From: Candidatus Pacearchaeota archaeon
GTDB lineage: Archaea > Nanobdellota > Nanobdellia > Pacearchaeales > GW2011-AR1
NCBI GenBank assembly: GCA_023136775.1
Contig: JAGLQO010000005.1
Location: forward strand, 8,198-72,197
DNA length: 64,000 nt
Direction of reading: 5' to 3'
In this document: piece by piece, positions 58,132-64,000 of the stretch
Numbering within the stretch: position 1 is the first letter of the stretch
How the letters are laid out: the number at the start of each line of letters is the position of its first letter
Position numbers and translations under genes: made by a program
Notes under the pieces: model-generated
What the model saw: the letters and a program-made list of their open reading frames with translations, nothing else
What the model was told of the DNA's origin: nothing
The model's database searches: none

Positions 58132-58893
58132 ATGGAAAAACAAATAGTAACTAAACTAACCAAAAACTTCGAAGAACACGTAAACAAAAAAGATAACCTT
58201 GAATTTTGGTTTGCAAGAGATTTACAAGTATTACTTGGCTATACTGAATGGAGAAATTTCCTAAAAGCTATAGAAAGAGCAAAAGAATCTTGCAAATCAG
58301 CAAATCAGCAAATCAGCTATCATTTTGCTGACGCCAACAAAACGATAGCTATGCCCAAAGGAGCAACTAAGGAGATTAAGGACTATATGCTCACAAGATA
58401 TGCTTGTTATCTTATAGCACAAAATGGTGACCCAAGAAAACAAGAAATAGCATTTGCTCAAAGTTACTTCGCAATCCAAACCAGAAAACAAGAATTAATC
58501 GAAGAGCGAATCGCACTAAAAGAACGTTTTGAAACTAGAGAAAAACTAATTAAATCAGAAACCGAATTATCAAAATTAATCTATGAACGCGGAGTAGACG
58601 AGATGGGCTTTGGAAGAATAAGAAGCAAAGGAGATAATGCATTATTTGGAGGAAACGACACCAAGCAAATAAAACAAAAATTCAACATTCCTAAAAGTAG
58701 ACCTTTGGCAGATTTTTTACCAACAGTAACCATAGCGGCAAAAAATTTTGCAACAGAAATTACAAATTTTAATGTTCAAAAAGATAACTTACAGGGAGAA
58801 AATAAAATCACCGATGAACACATAAGAAATAATACAAGAATAGGAGGAGTTTTGTTAGAAGACAATATTGTACCAGAAAAATTATCCCAGTAG
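58132..58893 (+). CDS. dinD: DNA-damage-inducible protein D (DinD, BRO-like), probably frameshifted near the C-terminus
   Basis: WFARDLQ.LLGY..W.NF, LTRYACYLIAQNGDPRK..IAFAQ.YFAIQTRKQE; the expected tail PVEDIKKLERK follows in another frame. Confidence 0.88.
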   Translation: MEKQIVTKLTKNFEEHVNKKDNLEFWFARDLQVLLGYTEWRNFLKAIERAKESCKSANQQISYHFADANKTIAMPKGATKEIKDYMLTRYACYLIAQNGDPRKQEIAFAQSYFAIQTRKQELIEERIALKERFETREKLIKSETELSKLIYERGVDEMGFGRIRSKGDNALFGGNDTKQIKQKFNIPKSRPLADFLPTVTIAAKNFATEITNFNVQKDNLQGENKITDEHIRNNTRIGGVLLEDNIVPEKLSQ

Positions 58894-58946
58894 AAGATAT
58901 AAAAAAATTAGAAAGAAAAATCAATAGGAAAAAAAGAATTCCCATC

Positions 58947-58998
58947 AAACAAAGAAACAAAGAAACAAAGAAACAAAGAAACAAAGAAACAAAGAAAC
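58947..58998 (+). repeat. Octamer tandem repeat (AAACAAAG)x6.5
   Basis: Seen directly in the sequence. Confidence 0.95.
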
Positions 58999-59058
58999 TA
59001 GAATAAAAAATACAATTACCTATAAATCTCATCCAATACTCCCAAATTCATTGTCCCC

Positions 59059-59155
59059 AATCCGTGAATGGGCAAGCCCATCCGTGCAATCCGTGAGCAA
59101 AAATTGCCTTCCTTCCCCTTGCCTCGAATCCTCTGAATCCATCAAATCCGCGAGC
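59059..59155 (+). repeat. Family-B repeats
   Basis: AATCCGTGA-ATGGGC-AA-GCCCAT-CCGTGCAATCCGTGAGC (near-identical to 30080), plus a degenerate AATCCGCGAGC copy. Confidence 0.9.
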
Positions 59156-59205
59156 AAAACAGCTTTCCCAACAAGTTATTTAAACTAACATCTCAATATT
59201 ATTAA

Positions 59206-59766
59206 ATGAGAAAAATCAAATCCAAAAATCAAATAGAAAAAAAACAAAAAAGAAATCAATTAATTCTAGGAATAATAATGGTCTTTTTATTAGTAGGCTC
59301 AGTCGCAGGATTTTCACTTATGAGTCAAGATAACGACGATTCCTCAAAAGTAGAAGAATACGGATTAGAGTTTTATAGAGAAAACGGAGTTTGGAAAACA
59401 CTAATCGGAGAAGAGGCCTTCGCTTTTCAAAATTTACCTTCAGAAGTTTCAAACATAAAAGTAGATACAAATATAACTCTAGGGCAATATTCAAACCAGC
59501 CAGTATACTTGGTAAATCCAAATCAAGGCATACAAGAAATATCAAACAACATAGGAAAATATATCCAAAGATTTAATGAAGCTTGTCTGCAAGGACAAAA
59601 TTGTACAAAAGATGTCCCAACAAAAGACTGCTCAAGTAACATAATCATATTCGAAGCAGGTAACGAAACAAAAGTTTATTCCAAACAAAACTGCGTGTAC
59701 ATCGTCGGTGATTCGATTAAAGCAGCTGACGCATTTTTATATAAAATTCTAGGTATCACACAATGA
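59206..59766 (+). CDS. Hypothetical N-terminally anchored exported protein
   Basis: Basic N-terminus, one TM, AC...C..C...C C-terminal domain. Confidence 0.7.
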   Translation: MRKIKSKNQIEKKQKRNQLILGIIMVFLLVGSVAGFSLMSQDNDDSSKVEEYGLEFYRENGVWKTLIGEEAFAFQNLPSEVSNIKVDTNITLGQYSNQPVYLVNPNQGIQEISNNIGKYIQRFNEACLQGQNCTKDVPTKDCSSNIIIFEAGNETKVYSKQNCVYIVGDSIKAADAFLYKILGITQ

Positions 59767-60485
59767 AAGTTGAAAAGTTAACTGAAGAAGAAAAGGAAGA
59801 AAAAATTCAAGAAGGTGAACTTCCAAAAAAGTCAGTCAGACAAAAAGAAAATAGACAATTGATTTGGTTCTTTGTAATTATAGGAATTGTTTTTATGTCA
59901 TTTTTGGGACCATATTTTTACATTCAAGATTCAAAGACTTTTGAATACGCACACATAGATTGGGCGATTGAAGATTACGAAAGTTTGCGAATTTATCACG
60001 GAAGATTCCCAGTTCTTACAAACCCGACAGTAACATTCAATACATATCTAAGAACAGATCCAAGAGAAAACAACATAGAAACTGTTGGAGAATTTGTTGA
60101 TTTCGACTCAAAAGCAATAATTTCAATGAGTCCAGAAGTAGATAGTTGCCGAGGAGAATTAAGTAGAGTAATGTTGGATTTAAGCAGTTTCTTAAAAGAA
60201 GGTCTTGGAGTAAGTGAAATAGTTGTAGGCTCAACCGTACAAGAATCAGCGACGAATTTAGACAGACCATACGCAACTTGTGATTCGGTTCAAGGAAAAA
60301 CTTTAGTAATTGTAGAATTAGGCGACGAGTCAAAAGTGGTCCAAAACGAAAATAATAAAAAATGTTACACAATTTATGCATCTAGTTGTGCGGACTTAAC
60401 GGGTGCAGAAAAGTTCATCGTAAAAACAGTAGACGATATAGAAACTATGCTAGACGAAGCTCGAGCAAAAAAGCAGGAGCAATAA
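59763..60485 (+). CDS. Hypothetical N-terminally anchored exported protein
   Basis: One TM; C-terminal TC...E.KV....C.I pattern resembles the upstream gene. Confidence 0.7.
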   Translation: MKVEKLTEEEKEEKIQEGELPKKSVRQKENRQLIWFFVIIGIVFMSFLGPYFYIQDSKTFEYAHIDWAIEDYESLRIYHGRFPVLTNPTVTFNTYLRTDPRENNIETVGEFVDFDSKAIISMSPEVDSCRGELSRVMLDLSSFLKEGLGVSEIVVGSTVQESATNLDRPYATCDSVQGKTLVIVELGDESKVVQNENNKKCYTIYASSCADLTGAEKFIVKTVDDIETMLDEARAKKQEQ

Positions 60486-60962
60486 ATGTCAGCTCAAATC
60501 TACCTTGCATATTTATTAACAATTCTTCCAGTTTTTGAACTTCGTGCAGGACTGCCTCTAGTCATTGAATACGCCCTAAAAAACAATCAGCAAATCTGGC
60601 CATACGTTTTGATAGTAATTATCCTAAATATCTTAGCAATATTTTTAGCATTTATGTTCTTGGATTTCTTGCATAATATATTAATGAACTTTAAATTCTA
60701 CAAAAAATTAATCAATAAAGTTCTAATCAAAGCTCAAAAAAAAGCCGCCAAGCTAGAAAAGAAAATGGATAAATGGGGCTACGTTGCATTAATGCTACTT
60801 GTCGCAGTTCCACTCCCAGGAACAGGAGCTTACACAGGAGCTTTAGTCTCATGGATTTTAGGATTAAATAGAAAAAATAGCTTAATCGCAATCGCAGCAG
60901 GAGTAATAATCGCAGGACTACTTGTACTTCTTATTACTCTCGGATTTGCTAGAGTTTTTTAA
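60486..60962 (+). CDS. Small multidrug export family membrane protein (COG2426)
   Basis: LPVFELRAGLP and VAVPLPGTGAYTGAL. Confidence 0.92.
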   Translation: MSAQIYLAYLLTILPVFELRAGLPLVIEYALKNNQQIWPYVLIVIILNILAIFLAFMFLDFLHNILMNFKFYKKLINKVLIKAQKKAAKLEKKMDKWGYVALMLLVAVPLPGTGAYTGALVSWILGLNRKNSLIAIAAGVIIAGLLVLLITLGFARVF

Positions 60963-61068
60963 ATACATAAAATCAATTAGATGAAAAATTTCTACGCAAT
61001 AAAAATTCAAATCGCTCAATTAGAGAAGCTCTGCTTCTCGTATGCAATATAGTTCTTTCATGTCTTAA

Positions 61069-61107
61069 AATCCGTGAATGACGAAGTCATACGTGTAATC
61101 CGTGAGC
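61069..61107 (+). repeat. Family-B repeat
   Basis: AATCCGTGA-ATGAC-GAA-GTCAT-ACGTGTAATCCGTGAGC. Confidence 0.88.
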
Positions 61108-61141
61108 AAATTGCTTTTTGTCTTGAATCCAAAACCCAAGT

Positions 61142-61681
61142 TTATTTCCCCTTCCCCTTAATCCCCTCACCAGACAATTTTCTAATATACATAAAATCAG
61201 TATATCCAGGAACAGCCTTTATCTTAAAATACCTAACAACACCAAACCAAATTCCAACAACAAACAAAGTAGACACCAAATGCCAAAATATCCAATGCAC
61301 TAATTCAAAATTTGAAGTTCCAATTAAGCCAGCCAAAACCAAAAGCCTAAACATATTGACAATAAAAAAAGCCACCAAAGAAGCCCCAACAACCTTAATC
61401 CTAGTCTTCCAATTCATAGCTGTCAACATAACTAAAACGAACAAAAGATAATAAGCAGCCCCTGCAACGCACGCAGGAACTATCTCCACAACAGTCTCAC
61501 CAAAATTAACAATATTTCCATACAAGTTAGCCTCGGTAAAAAGATTAACAATAAAATAAAAAACACGAACAGTCAACGGAGTAAGAACCTTGTAAAACAA
61601 ATATAAATCGCCAAGTCCAAGCAAAAGCACAGCAAAATATCTAGAAAACAATCCAATCAATTTTTTATTCTGTTTGTCCAT
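61142..61681 (-). CDS. Archaeosortase/exosortase family protein (pacearchaeosortase type)
   Basis: EIVPACVA (Cys), NMFRL (Arg), ELVH (His) in a 4-TM protein. Confidence 0.88.
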   Translation of the reverse strand: MDKQNKKLIGLFSRYFAVLLLGLGDLYLFYKVLTPLTVRVFYFIVNLFTEANLYGNIVNFGETVVEIVPACVAGAAYYLLFVLVMLTAMNWKTRIKVVGASLVAFFIVNMFRLLVLAGLIGTSNFELVHWIFWHLVSTLFVVGIWFGVVRYFKIKAVPGYTDFMYIRKLSGEGIKGKGK

Positions 61682-61692
61682 AATTTTTTCTC

Positions 61693-62514
61693 CTATTTTT
61701 CAATTAATTTTTTCTTTTTAATATCTAAATAATTGTTTTTTGACACAACACTTTTCCCAAGCGTATTTTCAAAATCAATTCTTGCATTTCCCGCAACTTT
61801 ACCACCATCTTTAGCATCATCTTTCAATCTTGGAAATCCCTCAGAATCGCGTTCTTTAGTTAATCTTGTAGTGGTCGCCTCTCCAAGCATAGTAAGAATT
61901 AATTCAACATCATCCATATGATCTCTTAGATTTTCCTTGTCCAAATTCTTATGATTTTTGTATTCGTCAACCGTTTTGCCGAATGTAGCTTTAGAAATTT
62001 CGTTAGTTAAAATAGCAAAACCCTTACCATCTTCAACTCCCCTATTTTTCCACTCATCTGTTAAACTTTGTCTAACAGCAATTCCACGAATCCGTTTATC
62101 TACCCAAGATTTGGGATAACCTTTCTGTTCATAAATAGTTTTCATCCTATCTTGGGCAAGTTCAGGATTCTCAATTTCATCAATTCTATCTGAACCAACC
62201 TTCGCCAACCATAATTTAAATGGCTCAGCTTTCTTAGATGGAATTGATTGAATAATTCTGAGAATACCTTGTTTATCGGCACAATCAGTCTTATACGTTT
62301 TCCCATCATTTGACATCATTTTCAGTTGTACCCAAATTGGGGACAACTGAAGTTGCACAAATTCTCTATTTTTAACTTTCCCCCAATATTGTCTTGGATT
62401 GGGACTCTCACTTAAAACTCCGACAACATCAACAATACTAAAAAACCATTCCCCCCTGTACAAGATTCTCCTAATCCTCTTATTATCAAAAACAATCAAT
62501 TTCTTATCTTCCAT
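61693..62514 (-). CDS. Bro-N domain protein
   Basis: F....IRR....EWFFSIVDVVGVL, RIIQSIPS.KAEPFKLWLA.VG, LRDHM...EL. Confidence 0.92.
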   Translation of the reverse strand: MEDKKLIVFDNKRIRRILYRGEWFFSIVDVVGVLSESPNPRQYWGKVKNREFVQLQLSPIWVQLKMMSNDGKTYKTDCADKQGILRIIQSIPSKKAEPFKLWLAKVGSDRIDEIENPELAQDRMKTIYEQKGYPKSWVDKRIRGIAVRQSLTDEWKNRGVEDGKGFAILTNEISKATFGKTVDEYKNHKNLDKENLRDHMDDVELILTMLGEATTTRLTKERDSEGFPRLKDDAKDGGKVAGNARIDFENTLGKSVVSKNNYLDIKKKKLIEK

Positions 62515-62618
62515 GATTAATATAAATTCTATCAAAGTTTTATACTTTTCTAATCATTTCCATATATCCAAAAACAAACAGAGCTTTAATTAATTATTGA
62601 AACTTAGTGGTAGTGTTT

Positions 62619-63012
62619 TAGAGAAGCTGTGCTTCTCGTATATCATAAGTCTCCCTCATTTCGCTCCGCTACATTCACTCGGGCAAATCACTACGCTAAC
62701 GCTCCGTTGCACAACTTACTCATTTAATCGTTCGGGGAACCCTTGCTCCAAAAAATAAAAGCTGACTTCCACTAAAAATAACAATACTCCATGAGAAATG
62801 CAGCGTCCGAAGATGCTGCAATTTATTATGGAAGAACATTCCGAACAACGGCGAAACAAATGTTTCGCCTCAATATATCAAATCATCTGCGAGGGTCTGC
62901 CCCAACCTAAAAAATATATATCAGTGAGGGTGCGCTAGTCGGTAAGTGATTTGGAATCTAAAATCCTGTGTGGATTTTTACGAAGAAAATTTCACCAGAA
63001 ATTTTTTCGGCA
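62619..63012 (+). repeat. Family-A composite palindromic element (long copy)
   Basis: GAGAAGC-TGT-GCTTCTC, AAGTCTCCCTCA module, TCCATGAGAA..TATGGAAGAA, core AAATCATCTGCG..GTCGGTAAGTGATTT. Confidence 0.9.
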
Positions 63013-63013
63013 T

Positions 63014-64000
63014 TTAAAATTGTGCTTTTGCAGGTCTTTTAGAAGAAACCTTTACAATCAAAACAACCAAGATTAAAATTAACATTCCAGAAATTCCAGC
63101 CACCAAATAAAGAGTCATCCCACTAAGTCCAAAGAATTCAGTATCTCCCTTAATGTTTACAGTAACCGGTTGATTGAAAGTTTCTCCATCAACAGTAGCC
63201 CCAATCTTGAAAGATTGCATTCCAGATTCTGTTGGCATAAGAACCACAGTAACCTCAACTTCTTCACCCTCAGCAATAGTTGCAGTTTCAGGCGTAATAC
63301 TTACAAGCGTAGCCCAAGATTCATATCCAGAAACAAATACCTTAAAGTCGTCACTGTCCCCATTATTTGTAATTATAGTTTTAACAACCAATTCAGTTCC
63401 CTCAACAGTAGCCGATTCCAAAGTTGGACTTATAGAAGGGCTAGGAGTTTTATATTGAATTGTAATAGTTTTTGTTTCTTCAGCTTTATCGTTTTCCTTA
63501 TTTTCATAAATATGCTTACTTGCCATTTTTTCATCGTCATAAGCAGTGAATTTAATCTTATAATCTCTATACTCCGCATCTACAGGGATAGTTACTGTTA
63601 TTTCAAAAAGTTCCTTATCAAGAGCATCAATTCCAGAATCAAATTCAATAATTTCATCTATTCTTAGAGCATTATTATAAATTTCTAAAAATATTTCATC
63701 ATCCTTTATGTCTTTGTCTCCAACATTCCAAATTTCTCCAGAAATCTTTACTTTGCTTCCTGTCAAGAATTCATTTTCTCCAACCATTCCAGATAAAGAT
63801 TCAAATTCTATATTATTTAAGATTACAAATTCTTCGTCAGTTCTAATTTCAATATCATCATTGTCTTCAAAACAAGAGTCTTCTCCGTCAATAGCCTCAC
63901 TGGCATCAGAATCGTCAATTGTTCCTTTTGCTCCAACAACAATTTGGTAATCTTTATTTTCGCTTAATTCTTCAGGGTCAACTTGAAATGTAATAATAAT
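63014..64000 (-). CDS. Acidic Ig/CARDB-like surface protein with C-terminal TM (putative S-layer-associated); 3' part only
   Basis: The frame stays open from 63787 to the window end; EIWNVG and ITNNG beta repeats; C-terminal TM plus basic tail. Confidence 0.8.
   Translation of the reverse strand: MIITFQVDPEELSENKDYQIVVGAKGTIDDSDASEAIDGEDSCFEDNDDIEIRTDEEFVILNNIEFESLSGMVGENEFLTGSKVKISGEIWNVGDKDIKDDEIFLEIYNNALRIDEIIEFDSGIDALDKELFEITVTIPVDAEYRDYKIKFTAYDDEKMASKHIYENKENDKAEETKTITIQYKTPSPSISPTLESATVEGTELVVKTIITNNGDSDDFKVFVSGYESWATLVSITPETATIAEGEEVEVTVVLMPTESGMQSFKIGATVDGETFNQPVTVNIKGDTEFFGLSGMTLYLVAGISGMLILILVVLIVKVSSKRPAKAQF

Noticed and set aside
30073..61107. Family-B repeats as a CRISPR array
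   Set aside because: They are dispersed and often inverted, with no regular spacers and no cas genes.

Overview
AT-rich archaeal chromosome segment, most likely DPANN/Pacearchaeota. Evidence for the lineage: archaeal r-proteins (L32e, L19e, S4e), a fused primase next to PCNA, AglB, and an archaeosortase. Layout from left to right: (1-6.3 kb) N-glycosylation locus with epimerase, kinase, methyltransferase, AglB and AglH; (6.5-14 kb) MNT/HEPN pair, SpoIIM, R15P isomerase, two membrane-anchored surface proteins and a GIY-YIG nuclease; (14.7-29.7 kb) S10/spc-type ribosomal superoperon with secY and EMC3/DUF106, lacking rnp1 and adk at their usual places; (30-33.7 kb) primase, PCNA and a rhuM pseudogene; (34.2-50.1 kb) a 16-kb co-oriented cluster of six class III signal peptide (pilin-like) genes and two giant Cys-rich paralogs with internal Gly/Ala hydrophobic segments, interrupted by four toxin-antitoxin pairs; (50-64 kb) GxxExxY gene, S-layer gene, accessory genes, archaeosortase and a second surface protein. 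The pilin/giant-protein cluster is the best candidate for an undescribed system (host attachment or membrane penetration). Two dispersed palindromic repeat families with covarying stems run through the window, one flanking the GxxExxY gene. Several accessory cassettes lie between duplicated gene ends, and a 30-bp motif sits in frame in three r-protein genes. No tRNA, rRNA or CRISPR array was seen. All calls come from motif recognition by eye; no searches were run.
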